Positions 40,970-54,912 of a stretch of 64,000 nucleotides of DNA are shown piece by piece. The first letter of the stretch is position 1. Every line of letters starts with the position of its first letter. Origin of the DNA: Eledone cirrhosa (lineage: Eukaryota); NCBI GenBank assembly GCA_964016885.1, contig OZ024755.1, forward strand, positions 28,768,001-28,832,000, in the 5' to 3' direction. The notes beneath the pieces are model-generated. The model was not told the origin of the DNA. It saw only the letters and a list, made by a program, of their open reading frames with translations, and made no database searches. A program made the translations under genes and the position numbers.

Positions 40970-41207
40970 TAAGATCAAAAGATGGTTAAAGGAGTTCCAT
41001 GTATTTTATTATGCGCATTTCAAAAACAAACATCATCATGCAATAATATTTGTCTTTTCATCAGATAAAACAGGAGGACATGATATGAAGGCTAAAAAAA
41101 CACTTGTGGATAGTGCAGTTTTAAATCAACATATCAAACTGTAGAGGGCTTCTTATCCGATATCTGCATTGCTTTATTGTACTACAATAAAACTCACCTC
41201 CTACATA
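40970..41207 (-). mobile_element. Hammerhead element (ribozyme 41004-41070)
   Basis: Copy of 2395-2590. Confidence 0.8.
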
Positions 41208-41691
41208 TGTATACGTATATATATATATTTTTTTCTTTAAGCTGTAAATTATAATCAATTTAGTGTGTTAACCTTACCAATGTATACAGTAACAATATGT
41301 GCCCTATATGTCAGATATACACTTGGCATATAACGGAAACAATACTGAAGGAAAAAGAAAAAAAAAGAAAATTGATAATAATAATATATTTAGGACAGAA
41401 CAAAGGAAGGACACAACATAACAAAGGAGTCACTAACTAGGTCACAGTATGTGTGACGAAAGAGCTTTGTATATATATAAACAACCATCCGGTTATAGAA
41501 CCAACCAACCAATCAACCAACCGGAAATATATAAGTTGAAGTTAAAACCAACAGAAGTAAGTGTTTCTATTGAAAGCACGACGCTCCCAAAGTATAACAA
41601 TAAATATATATATATATATATATATAAATAATCTTTTTCCTTTCTACCATTTGTTTATATATATATCAAGTCGTGTGTTAAATTTCTACAT

Positions 41692-41726
<35 letters not shown>

Positions 41727-41788
41727 AATCTTTTTACTTTCTACCATTTGTTTTTATATATATCAAGTCGTGTGTTAAATTTCTACAT

Positions 41789-41878
<90 letters not shown>

Positions 41879-42002
41879 ATGTATATATATATATATTTGG
41901 AATGCGGAAAAGTAACACACGACTTGATATATATAAAAACAAATGGTAGAAAGGAAAAAGATTCTTTATATATATATATATATATTGATATATATAAAAA
42001 GA

Positions 42003-42392
42003 AATAGTAGAAAGGAAAAAGATTATTTCAGTAGAAAATGTTGAAGAGATTTTTTTCAGTGAGATATCAAAGCATTAATTTATTTACAATACCGGTTTCA
42101 GCATTAAATGTATTATCAATTGCGTATATGCAGAATATTGTTAGGTTGCATTCTCGGAATTAACATGTATGTGAAAATTAATTTTCTTCCCCTTTTTATT
42201 TTTATTTTCTTCATTATTATTATTATCACTATTTGTACAAATATGCAACTTAACAATATTCTGCATATCCACAATTGACAATGCAGTTAATGCTGAAACC
42301 GGTATTGTAAATAAATTAATATTTTGATATCTCACTGAAAAAAATCTCTTCAACATTTTCTACTGAAAGAATCCTTTTCCTTTCTACTATTT

Positions 42393-42395
<3 letters not shown>
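42003..42395. mobile_element. Fold-back element with U3-A8 hammerheads in both arms (42271-42308 +, 42085-42122 -)
   Basis: ACAA-TTGACAA-tGCA-gttaa-TGCt-GAAACCGGTA-TTGT-aAATAAA; about 140-bp arms. Confidence 0.85.
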
Positions 42396-42488
<93 letters not shown>

Positions 42489-42584
42489 AGATATGTTAAA
42501 CAAGATTCAATGAGTATATCAAAGAATGAGTTTTACAGTAGATTGGAAGAACTCTACAGAGAAATAATTTTCCAGAGTTATTAA

Positions 42585-42812
42585 TATTAAAATACAAATA
42601 TTAACCTTCATTAAACCTTGATTAAATCTTGATTAAATCTTATTCATTTAACATCTCAGGGTATGTCATGTATATCTTATTCATTTAACATCTCAGGGTA
42701 TGTCATGTATCATTATATTTTGTCTGATAAGGATGTACTGTTGTACCTCCGAAATATGTATAATAAAATCTAATTGATAAAAAGAACATCTATTTTATTA
42801 ATATTTGTATTT

Positions 42813-42815
<3 letters not shown>
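42585..42815 (+). mobile_element. Family D-related hammerhead element (42718-42768)
   Basis: TTTTGT-CTGATAA-GGA-GTAC..GTAC-TCC-GAAATATGTATA-ATAAAA. Confidence 0.65.
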
Positions 42816-42870
<55 letters not shown>

Positions 42871-42987
42871 GAGGTATATGATTTTTAATGCGATGAAATA
42901 CCAATGATGGTTGGCAAATCACTGACGAGGGACTAATTTTATCATATGTTAACCATATGCAACCACGCAGTTTTCCTCTTTCTTCTC

Positions 42988-43082
<95 letters not shown>

Positions 43083-43084
43083 TT

Positions 43085-43260
43085 ATTTATTTATTTAATA
43101 TAGACATAGCTTCTACAGGACCAGAACTGTTTCATTCAGAAGAAATTATCAGGAAAACCTTTTCTTCTGTATGAAACAGTTCTAGTCCTGTAGAAGCCAT
43201 TTCTATATTAAATATTTATAACCTGCTATGTACTGAGCACCTTACTTACTGTGGTTATTT
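43085..43260. mobile_element. Family F fold-back hammerhead element
   Basis: On the minus strand TTC-CTGATAA..GAAACAG..CTGTA-GAA; inverted arms around 43155. Confidence 0.65.
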
Positions 43261-44194
43261 CCGATTGAACTGGGGATATATACATATATATATAAACAAT
43301 GAATTAAAGACTTCGTTGATATGTATCATTACAGATACGAAGCACTCGACAGTAATATTTATCTGGAGTATTATGATAATAATACTAATAAACGGAAGAT
43401 ATAACTTTATAACATCACTATTTATTTCATTATATATATTTCGGGGATGCAAACATTTATGTTTAACATAAATCAGAGCATGCATTTAGGAAAATAAGAA
43501 AACAGTAGAAATGCTAATAGCATTTTCTCATGTGCGTGTGCGCGCGTGCGCGTGTGTTTGTGGTGCACGAACATTGTGAACGATGGAGGGTTAAATACAG
43601 ATAGATTATAGTTAAAAACATAAAAACAAAAATATATTTAGCGCAAAATCAAAAGAACTTTCAACGAACTCCGAGAAAATATTAGATCCTTGACGCATAA
43701 AACTGATCAGTTTTTACTCTGAGTTGTTGACACTCGTTTGATAGCTCTGGGCGTTGGCATGGAGACAATTTCTTTTTTGAAACTGTTTGTTTGTTTTTAC
43801 AAGATTTACTTTATTTTCATTTCGTCAGTATCACATACCATACACTTTTTTTTTCCTTGGCGATGTTTTAATTTCTTTGACTATATGTTTATTTGGTTGT
43901 CATGTATGTTATGTCATCATATTCTTTTATTATTTATAATAAATATTTATGTTATTATCTTCATCATTGTTATTATTATAGTAATTATACTATAAGATTT
44001 TATTACTCTTGTCGTTATTAACTCTTTTGTTATGGTTATGACGCTTAATCGCTTTGACGCTAATTAATATAATTTTCTTTGACACATTTTGCATGATATT
44101 TTTATATCACGCTATCATCTCTAGTATGGTCGTTATGATTATATATGTTATTACACCATTATATATGTTTGTATTATTAGTATTATTATTAATA

Positions 44195-44412
44195 ATGGTT
44201 TCTTATATAGGCACAAGGCCAGTAATTTGGGGCGAGGGGAAAGTCGATTAAATCGACCCCAGTGCGTGACTGGTACTTCATTTTATCGACCCCATAAGGA
44301 TGAAAGGCAAAGTTAACCTCGGCGGGATTTGAGCTCAGATCATTAAGAGCCGTAACTCTATGCTGCAAAGCATGGCGTCTGACCCTCTACCGATACTGCC
44401 AATCCACCGCCC
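44195..44412 (-). mobile_element. Full-length tRNA-derived SINE
   Basis: Matches the SINE consensus. Confidence 0.9.
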
Positions 44413-44446
44413 TAGTATTATTATTAATAATATTTTTATTCTTATT

Positions 44447-44880
44447 CTGGAAAGGCAGGTGAGGGTGGAGAGTGAAGTGCTGCCCCCCAGCACATTTCTA
44501 AAAGGTGGATGAATGTGGCGAGAATGGCCCGTGTGTGTGGGCCTACTCTGACCATGCGCCTATAGGGCTGGCTAATTTGAGGAGATGGGTGCTCTCCCCG
44601 GGTGCCCTAGAAGCGCAAGGTGGTTTAAGATTGATGGGGTACCTGAGTCACCCCTGGGTCGTCGACCCCCCCCCCCTAGAGGGGAGTTTATTTTGTTATA
44701 TTTATGCATAGTTTATTTTATATATTTTTCTATCTTCATTGTTAAATTAGTCTTGCCATTGTGCGCTTTTACTCGAGCTTATTGTAAACCCCCCCACTGT
44801 CCCTGTCTTTGTATTGTCCCCTACATGTCGGCCCTTGTAGTCAATAAAGAAAACATTATTATTATTATTATTATTATTTT
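44447..44880 (+). mobile_element. Tx1/L1-clade LINE 3' end with an (ATT)n tail
   Basis: RWMNVARMARVCGP is homologous to RWVREARMARVNGP of the 4845-5893 element; AATAAAGAAAAC(ATT)n. Confidence 0.8.
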
Positions 44881-45300
44881 TTTTTTTTTTTAAATTATTA
44901 TTATTATCATTGGTGTTGTTGTTATTATCGTTTGTTGTTGTTTGTGTTGCTACTACAGTTATGATTGCTACGCTCTTTTTTTTTTTTTGTTCCATTTACG
45001 TTTTTTACTATTATTTATATTTAAAAGAATTTTCAAGATAGAGTTACACTTTGTTCTCAGACAAAATATGCCACAGCAATTTGGGAAATATTTCTCTCGT
45101 TACAGGCGGAAGCAATGAGCTTACAACTGACTACTCGAAATTCCAAGCAATTGTACATATATATGATTAAATGACTATATATTCAAATTAGGAGATATCT
45201 TCACATGCAAAAAGTATTGTTAACCTAGGCGTACTCAGAAATTTACATAAAAATCATGTACGCGGCATGTCTGCCTTATGAGTATATCTCTTCGTATGTA

Positions 45301-45359
<59 letters not shown>

Positions 45360-45364
<5 letters not shown>

Positions 45365-45650
45365 TTCAAAATATTAATAAATATAGACATTCATGTAATC
45401 AAATATATTTATTATATATTTCAGAGGTACTGAGCTGTTTCATCAGTACGTCCTCATCAGATAAAATGAATTGATGTCTGACATACCTCAACTGTGCTGA
45501 TGGTTCAATTCCAGGAAACAGCACAGTACCTCTGAAATATGTTTACTAAAATATATTTGATTACATGAATATTTATTAATATTTTGAATTAATAATAATA
45601 ACTCATGAAAACTTCATTGTTGAGTGCTTCTAATCTATTGTAAATCTATA
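45360..45650. mobile_element. Family D-related fold-back (hammerhead 45408-45466 -)
   Basis: TTTAT-CTGATGA-G..GTACTGA/TCAGTAC-GAAAATATATA-ATAAA. Confidence 0.7.
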
Positions 45651-45687
45651 TTCATTGATTAATCAATTAACCTTGTTTAACTTTTGG

Positions 45688-45732
<45 letters not shown>

Positions 45733-45791
45733 TGTATGTATGTACACATGAACATATATACACACAAACATACACTAACACATATACTCAC

Positions 45792-45852
<61 letters not shown>

Positions 45853-46699
45853 CTACGGCCACTCATTCATGAGAGGATCGTGGGGGCAGAAACTTCAAAC
45901 ATACTTTCACCGGGTTTTGTCATCCATCACATAATTAGCTTATTGCGGCTCAGTGTTCTTTTATCCAATTTTATAGGGTAGGTTGTTTCTGTTGCGAGAA
46001 TTTACATCGGTTTATTATCCGGAAGTATGTGTGTAATTAAAGGGGGGGGGGGTTAATGCGTAAGCGGAGGTAACTAGCTGATTTTCATAACTAAATTATT
46101 GTTCTAACATACATTATAAGGTGTCTCAATTGAGTCCCTTCTACAGAAACAACCTACCCTATAAAATTGGATAAAAGAACACTGAGTCGCAATAAGCTAA
46201 AATAATTTAATTTAATGCATCAAACATCCAATACGGAATTATCGTTAATTATGTGATGGATGTATAAACTATATATTACATTTCCTGTATGTGAAAATGG
46301 TGGTGGATAAGAATACCATAACTCTCTTTTGCTTCTCCTTTCTATTTCTATTTTTCTGCGCACATACTTTTTTATCATATACAAAAAATACCTTACCACT
46401 GCAACCTCCATAATACTCTTGATTACCCACATAAAGTGCTTGTATTACATGTAACACCCTGCCACACAATAATCATATATAAATGAGACACACATAACTA
46501 ACGCATACAATAACTACTACATCTGACTAACAACCTATCCTCTAGCATTATCTATGTTAACTGCCGAATGTATTTTAATTTTGTTTTAATTTTAATTTTG
46601 TTGTAATTTTGATATTTTTCTTGACTTTGAATTTTAATTGCTATACGGAAGTAATATAATATAAAATATGTCACTCCACTGTACATCAATATATACATA

Positions 46700-47002
46700 T
46701 GTATATGTATGTCTCTTGCGTTGGAAAGGAGGTCAATCATGTGTACAAACATTGAAAAATGCTCCGAAGATTCCAAGCCTAGGTTTGGATGAAACAATTG
46801 TAAGTTAATAAATGCTTTGAACATAGCTTTGATTCTTGTGAATTCTATATAAACTGCTCTGTAGAACAACTGATGTTATTACATTGAGCTATTTATCTTA
46901 CTGGTAATAAGGTAGTAATTAATTACCGACCTTCAATGTTTAGGGTTGAAAATATATATAACTATAAAAATTTTAGTATATACATCACCATAAATAGTAT
47001 CC

Positions 47003-47010
<8 letters not shown>
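46700..47010 (+). mobile_element. Family G hammerhead element (CCGAAGA core, 46761-46805)
   Basis: Homologous to 61930-62240 and ends in (TA)n. Confidence 0.75.
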
Positions 47011-47088
<78 letters not shown>

Positions 47089-47094
<6 letters not shown>

Positions 47095-47285
47095 GGTCGC
47101 TCTCCAGTACTACTAGTATCATGTAACCCAGTACAATCTGAGCATGTTCGGGTCATCGGCGACTAAACCGGGAACCTCACCACGCTTGCTTGGTGAGGAG
47201 GGTGATTTAGGACACCCTGCGGGATTTAAAAACAAAACCCATCAATCGGTGGAGGAACTTAGGACAGTCAACGGCTATCCAATGA
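47089..47285 (+). mobile_element. RTE-clade 5' UTR fragment
   Basis: Homologous to 37830-38023 (-). Confidence 0.55.
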
Positions 47286-47629
47286 TGTACACCAATTATT
47301 CTTTTGGGGCAAATGTATTCAATGTTCAGAGAGTGGGATTGGTCTCGTGCAAAGCCTTTCCTCACTTAAAAAGCTTCAAGCAGAGGCATAGCTTGATATA
47401 TCACATTTATTACGATGCAAATAAACACGTAAATAACAGTATGTGGCACACACACAAATAGAACATATATCTATGAATATTACATTCTTCGGGTGGTAAA
47501 AGTTCTGATTTCCTTATGGCCATTTCATGAGTCGAGGAGAACCATAACTTAAAATCGATCTAAACAATTGATTATCGATGACCAACTATCGATTTTGGTT
47601 ATGCCGTGGGAGACGCGAATCAATCATCA

Positions 47630-48155
47630 AAGGCAAAGCTCACTTCCGTGGGATTTAAACACAGAACATAAAGGGCAGTAACTATACGCCGAAAAGTGTG
47701 TTGACCAGCGCTCCATTGATACTACCAATTCCCCGGCCTTCAGATGATAATGGTTTCTGGTTCAACAATTTTGGGTGAAGTTAAAGTTTAATTAAATTTA
47801 CTCCGGTGTATTTCGGGTACTTTATTTTATCGACCCCGTAAGGATGAAAGGCAAAGCTAACCTCGGCGGGATTTGACCACAGAAGGTAAAGGGTTGTAAC
47901 TCTACGCCGAAAAACATGTTGTCCGACACTCCCCGACACGGGCACTCCTCTGCCCTTCAAATAATAATTGTTTCTACTTTAGGCACAAGGCCAGCAATTA
48001 CCCAGTGCATTACTGGTACTTTATTTTATCGACCCCGTAAGGATGAAAGGCAAAGCTAACCTCGGCGAGATTTGATCACAGAACGTAAAGGGTTGTAACT
48101 CTGCGCCGAAAAACATGTCCGACACTCTCCGACACTGGCATTCCCCTGCCCTTCA
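47630..48155 (-). mobile_element. Three tandem SINE copies
   Basis: Match the SINE consensus. Confidence 0.8.
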
Positions 48156-48234
48156 AATAATAATGTTATATAAATTTCGGGATAATGCAACGAATTTTGC
48201 CGTAGAAATAAATTCGTTTGAAGTATCTCAGCCT

Positions 48235-48700
48235 CTTTGTTGTTCTCCGGCTCCAACTTAGTCACGTCGGCCACACATCTCGGTATTGCGACCCGCCATG
48301 CACAGGAAAGAAAGATAAACAAATGCCGGGGATTGTCCAGCCGCTTCCTCTTCAGACCGGACGCCTTTGAGACCTCAGCCGTTCTTGAACCTCGTACTGG
48401 CGAGCCCCTCTGCAAGATCGGAAAATCGGCGGCCCGTCTGAAGAAGGGGTTCCGTGAGGTGGGGTGGATCTTGCAGCAGATGTCGCTGACCATTGTCCGC
48501 GGGAATGCTTTTGTGGTCTTGTCCGTGTGGTGCAGCCCTATTACCGCCACGCCCTACACCCAGAGCCCAATCCCCCTCACCCTCCCCATACTTCTGTGAC
48601 ACTAGATCCTTGCCGTTCCCTCACTTTCCCGTTTTTTTAATTTTTCATATTTTCTTATTTTACATTCCATTCCTTCTTCTTGATCTAAATTTTCGTTTCT
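48235..48700 (+). mobile_element. CRE-clade RLE 3' fragment
   Basis: ATRHAQERKINKC...AFETSAVL...ILQQMSLTIVRGNA. Confidence 0.75.
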
Positions 48701-49095
48701 GAAGTTAACTAACAAGAAATGATGAAACACAAATGTTATCTCGACGTTATTGCACCACATATTATAATGGAGATTTAACTTAATACTTCTAGACAGTGTA
48801 CCTCGTCACCACTAAACACTGACCTTAACGTAGCACCTTACCACGATTTCGCAACAGTATCTATTTTGATAATATCACTACTTATACTACTAAAACCACT
48901 ACAAAATGTTATAATATTGGTTATGACCCTTTCTCAATTTTCCATTAATCTAATGCTATATAGTTACGTATATTATAAATGCTATGTCAAATCCGAAATT
49001 CAGTGGTGCTGCAAATTAAATTAAAGACTGCTTCAATTATGTGGGAGGAACATGCTGCATCGTTTGCAAGTTTATTATTGCTCTCTGCACGGGGT

Positions 49096-49480
49096 GGTGG
49101 ATTGGCAGTATCGGTAGAGGGTCGGACGTCATGCTTTCCAGCATAGTTACGTCCCTTTACGATCTGAGTTCAAATCCCGCCGAGGTTGACTTTGCCTTTC
49201 ATCCGTACGGGGTCGATAAAATAAAGTACCAGTAATGCACTGGGTAAAAGCTGGCCTTGTGCCAAAAGTAGAAACAATTATTTCTCTCTGCACGGTGGAT
49301 TGGCAGTATCGGTAGAGGGTCGGACGCCATGCTTTGTAGCACAGTTACGTCCCTTTACGAACTGAGTTCAAATCCCGCCGAGGTTAACTTTGCCTTTTAT
49401 CCTTACGGGGTCGATAAAATAAAGTACCAGTAATGCACTGGATAATTGCTGGCCTTGTGCCTAAAGTAGAAACAATTATT
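49096..49480 (+). mobile_element. Two tandem full-length SINEs
   Basis: Match the SINE consensus. Confidence 0.9.
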
Positions 49481-49639
49481 TCTGATAAAGCTATTCTCTT
49501 TCCTAATGCATACATAGCTACAATATTTGTAAAGCGTATTAGGTTTCCATGTAAAACGGGAGACTTAATCAATTTTAACACCTTAATCCCTTGTTATTCG
49601 CGCACTATTTGAACATAGATTACTTTTCATTTCATTAAC

Positions 49640-49962
49640 TTTATGCTTTTGTTCAAAACTGCTTTGAAACACTTTTGTTGCCAATGGCAACACTCAGCAG
49701 TGAGTGTATGTCTTATGCTTAACAGTTTATAATGAACTATTCCTTTATTATAGTACACCCAATGGCAACATTCAGCAGTGAGTATATGTGTTATGCGTAA
49801 GAGCTCATACTGAAGTATTCCTTGTATATAAAACCTCCAATGGAAACACTCACCAGTGAGGGTATGTCCTATGCTTAAGAGTTCATAATAAACTATTCCT
49901 TGTATATAATACGCCCAATGGCAACAGACAGCAGTGACAGTATGTCTTATTCTTAACAATTC
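49640..49962 (-). repeat. 78-bp tandem repeat derived from a mariner transposase
   Basis: CCAATGG recurs at 49681, 49759, 49837 and 49915. The unit translates as W..YIQGIVYYELLSIGHTLTAEC, like mariner GIVHYELL..G.TITAE.Y. Confidence 0.7.
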
Positions 49963-49967
49963 ATAAG

Positions 49968-50031
49968 GCGGTGCCCCGGCATGGCCGCAGTCTCATGACT
50001 GAAACCAGTAAAAGAATAAAATAATAAAGAA
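49968..50031 (+). mobile_element. SINE 3' tail fragment
   Basis: GGCGGTGCCCCGGCATGGCCGCAG...TGACTGAAACCAGTAAAAGAATAAAA, recalled as an octopus SINE 3' end. Confidence 0.6.
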
Positions 50032-51004
50032 TACGTACATATATAGAGACACATACACACATAACACATACGAGTGACGCATAAATACACGCATTCATTT
50101 ATATATATATTTATCTACATATCTTCATGTGTAGACATACAGTAAAATTCACAAACACACACACGCAAGCACACGCACCAACACAGATCCACACATACAC
50201 GTACAAAGACACATACGCACACACAATTATAAGTACAAATACAATATATGTACGTTTTGTCATTTTGTGTCCCTGAACGAAAACCAGGAATGGATCGTTA
50301 TCACAGACTGAGACCCATGATTGTTGTGATCTACCAATTCACTGAGAAAAAGAATTAAAGAAAATATAACCTGTTGAATATCTTTTCGTTTGAATAAAAT
50401 CATGTACTGGTATTTAATTCATCGAACCAAGGGGGTTAAGTTGTATAATCAACACCAATAGACTTTGCACTAAAATTCTAAATAGATAACTATTATTGTC
50501 GTCACATTTAATCCAATGCTATGCAATTTCTTAACTCACTTCTCTACTTTTTATGTACTATTTTATATCAATTAGAATCTACATATTAGAAGAACGGAAA
50601 TGTATGGTTGGGATGGGTGTAAGTGCACGTGAATGTTACTCTCTTTAGAGTCCGACAAACAAGGAAAAAGCAAGCAGAAAAATAAAGAGCACCAGCAATA
50701 GAGCGAGATGCATGTATTGAATGACAGGAGGAGGGAGAAAGTTTGAGGGAGAGGCGTGTGTACATGTAGGCAGACAAACATACAGACGAATGAAGAACTG
50801 GTGAAGATTGTCAAAGCAATGAACACACAAAACAAGGGAAGAAAACCTCGTTAGTTAGCCTGTTACTTATGTTTGTATGAAATTTAGCTGCAACTTCCGT
50901 TACGTGATAGTTATATTTTAAACACATCTTCAGTAGAATCTCCAGAAGAAATAACTAGGTAATCTTCCATAGTTAACATTCATTTATACCTACATTCTAG
51001 AATG

Positions 51005-51495
51005 TCTAAAGTCTGTCTTAAGCCAGGAGGCACATATGGCCGATGCTTATCCGGTTACATGGCGTGAAGCGACTGAAAGTACATGACTACCCCCTGGACA
51101 GGACCCCAGTCCATTAAAGGGTTAAACCCCCAGTCATTTTCAGCTGAGTATACTGAAGCAACGTGAAATGAAGTGTTTTGCTCAAGAACGTGGCCTCGTG
51201 GTGAGGGTGTTTCACTTACGATCATAATGTCGTGGGTTCGATTCCAGGGTTACGTGTCGTGTTCTTGAGCAAAACACATCATTTCACGTTGCTCCAGTAT
51301 ACACAGCTGAAAATGAGTACCAGCAATAGCTGGGGGGTTAACCTTGTGATAAACTGATGTCCTGTCCAGGGGGGAAGCCTTTTATCATTCATCGCTTCAC
51401 GCCATGAAACCGGGATAAGCACCACCGATCATATGAAACCGGGATAAGCACCGGTCATAAGTCTTCTGGCTTAAGACTCTAGACTTTAGACTTTT
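51005..51495. mobile_element. Head-to-head pair of a second tRNA-derived SINE family
   Basis: The plus copy from 51191 has an A box TGGCCTCGTGG and a B box GGTTCGATTCC; 51005-51189 is its inverted 3' part. Confidence 0.8.
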
Positions 51496-51927
51496 AGTTC
51501 TAACTATAACCAACAAAGAAGGCGCTGAATTATAACTTTCATGATATTCATCAACATCTGAGTAAGTGATATACTAATTTTTACCTTTATTTCTTGGTTG
51601 CGATGATAGTTTTTACTCCCTGGGGCCCTACCAACCACGCCTACCTATATATTGGATTCTCACGAGACAGAAGGATAGATTTTATATAAATGTTCTTTAC
51701 AAAATAAATGTAGTTCATCCAAAGAGAGTATATTTCTTATTATGGCTTTCAGATCAATTTAAATAACGGCACGTCAGTCTGTTCTAGACATCATTAAGAG
51801 ATGCTCTTTAAAAGTTATACTGTAAGTCTATCACCTCTCATATCGCTTGCAACATACGTATATATTATTGCATCTATCTATCTATCTGTATATTTCAACC
51901 GTCCCCCTCTCTGTCATTCTTTGTATG

Positions 51928-51983
<56 letters not shown>

Positions 51984-52000
51984 TATGTGCATATATGTAC

Positions 52001-52116
<116 letters not shown>

Positions 52117-52131
52117 ACATATACGCACATA

Positions 52132-52189
<58 letters not shown>

Positions 52190-52310
52190 TACAAATATTA
52201 ATAAAATAGATGTTCTTTTGATCAATTACATTTTATTATACATATTTCAACAATACCTGTTTCAACACAGGTTTTCAGATAAGAAATCTTGCAAAACAAA
52301 TTCAAAGACG

Positions 52311-52380
<70 letters not shown>

Positions 52381-52384
<4 letters not shown>

Positions 52385-52946
52385 CACACACACGTACGTT
52401 CCACCACATATTTACACATTCAGCCTCCGGAATCCTCTCCCCCCACCCCTCTATCCACACACGCACGCACACTCCGACCTACACCCCACCCCACACACAC
52501 CTCTTCCTGAACATGCAACCCCGTTCTTCCCCCAACTCTTACTTTCACATACAAACACACACACACACACAGGTACACCTACACACACACACACACCACC
52601 TTCAGCCCTCCCCGCTCGACACCCCGCCTCCCTCTCCCCACTCCACCCGCCACCACCCCTACACGCCGCACACCCTTCCACCACCTGTTTTACTTCATGT
52701 GTATTTTTATTTTTATCATGCTTTTATATTTAATTTCATTTGTACCGTTTCCTCTCACCCCCTTTTTTCTATATGTCTCTCCACCACTCCCCTACACACC
52801 CTTGGAACTCTCTTCCCACACACTTTTCACCTGAAGAAGGGCTTATGCCCGAAACGTCGTTCCCCACCACCACCCTACTCTCAAGAGCGTGAAACTAATA
52901 AACCTTTGTTCGTACTGCCTCTCTGTTTTGTTCCCGTTCAATTTTT

Positions 52947-52950
<4 letters not shown>
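52381..52950 (+). mobile_element. Penelope-like terminal region with hammerhead core (52831-52858)
   Basis: A C/A-rich UTR is followed by CTGAAGAAGGGCTTATGCCCGAAACGTC, AATAAA and (TA)n. Confidence 0.7.
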
Positions 52951-52989
<39 letters not shown>

Positions 52990-53439
52990 TACATGTATGT
53001 ATGTACTTGGATCCATACATATATTTTGGATGTATATAGGTTAGAGAATAAGGGCTATGTGCACTTGATTGCACGGTCGAATATTAGAACGGTTGTGCTG
53101 TCTGTATAAACTGAGAAAATCTTAAACCACTTGCAACTGCGAAGACCATCTGTTGTAACTTACTAGAAATTATAAAGAAACAAAACAAATCGGGCACACA
53201 TAAAAATACTGGTGAAACGAAAACACACACGTATATATTCATATTCTAACGTGTAAACGCCCGAAACACCCGTAAGCATATGATCACAAATAAACATTAA
53301 CTCTACTGCTCATACAGTAAAATAAATATATTCATAAATATGTCTATATGATAAAACAGTAAGCATGCACATACACGTACAAAATGAATAGAAAAGTATA
53401 GAAAACTCAGGAGACGGAGCGGGAAGGGCGGGGCTTGGA

Positions 53440-53710
53440 ATTCTCATGACCAGAAATCAACAGTAGACAATAGCAGATGAAACAGACTGGTATTTGGTGA
53501 CAATGCTAGGTAGTTTACAGTTGATGTGGGCTAAGAAGATCAACTCGTGGTGTGAGTAGGTTATGCCTGGAAGGAAGGTTGGCTGTTAAGAGAAGCAGAG
53601 GCCTTGATAATGTCAACTTATGGACTGGACTTGATCTTTGCTCTTTGAACTCTGCTGCAGGTGATCGAACTTTGTGGAGAAAAATATCTCATGTTGTTGA
53701 GCAGTCTGCA
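53440..53710 (+). mobile_element. RTE-group LINE 3' end (decayed)
   Basis: RLVFG...CLEGRLAVKRSRG...AAGDRTLWRKI. Confidence 0.6.
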
Positions 53711-54151
53711 ACTGGCGGAGTTTAGCGTCACAAGAAAAGTTGTACCAAACCATAATTCTGCCTCATTGAGGTTGCGGGGGTTTAGATGGATCTTTCAGAA
53801 ACAGAGCAGCTGACACCACAGATATTTTCTCAAAAGCAAGTATGTATGGCACCACGTATGTTACGTTGTTCGCTACATTAAATATTCGAAAGCGTAGCGA
53901 AGAGAAATTAAGAAAACAATCTTTTGCAAAAATAATTAACATATCGTAAATTAAAATTCTAACACATCTGTGGTAGTGAAATATGCTTATGTTTGTTTTT
54001 CTTTTTGTTATTGTTTTTTGTTATTCTTTTGTTGTTTGAATTATTTTACGTTAGCTTCAAATCATGGGACCATTAAAAAAACATATTCAGCATTTGTAAT
54101 CATATGACTTTCAGGCGGTACATATATATACACACACACACACATACACAT

Positions 54152-54202
<51 letters not shown>

Positions 54203-54411
54203 ATCTGAGTTTTTCGAATATTAATAATTGTTTCAACTGTTGGCACAAGGCCAGTAATTATACCAGTGTATTACTGGTGCTTTATTTTATCGACCCCTTA
54301 ATAATGATATTCGATTCGTTTGCAATTGTGCAGACAGCCTCTTTAAAGCCATGTCAGTAGAATGGCCCCCGACATTCTTGCTCTTGTGTTGCCATGTAAA
54401 CAGAACTGAAG

Positions 54412-54450
54412 ACACCAATATTTCTGGGTGATTACCCTTCATCAGTGCAG
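54412..54450 (-). ncRNA. Minimal hammerhead-like motif
   Basis: CTGATGA-aGGGT-aatc-ACCCa-GAAATATT. Confidence 0.5.
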
Positions 54451-54773
54451 TATACAGTTTACTTGCTAACTGTCAGAGGTAGAGAAAACATATGATATTT
54501 TCTAAAATATAGAGTGACTGATCGGCTTCATCTGCATATTAGCAAACCCACTGATCAGCCAGATTTGCATATCAGCCGATAGATCTTTGATATATATATA
54601 TATATATATGCATACACACACACACATATATATATATATATATGCATACACACACACACATATATATATATATATGCATACATACACGCACATATATATA
54701 TATACATATGCATACACACACACACACAAATATACACACATATATATATATATATATATATAGTTATATACAT

Positions 54774-54806
<33 letters not shown>

Positions 54807-54912
54807 TAATAGTAGAACACTGGAGGGTTATATCTGTAGTAGTAGAGCACTCAGTCCATGGGACGAGTTTGGTAGAAGTAGTTCCACAACAGTTAATTCA
54901 CCATTAAAATTT

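Noticed and set aside
49096-49190. tRNA-like A and B boxes as a tRNA gene
   Set aside because: No cloverleaf forms; this is the head of the multi-copy SINE.
52513-53109. 198-aa His/Pro/Thr-rich ORF
   Set aside because: Low-complexity C/A-rich UTR of a hammerhead-bearing element running into (TA)n.
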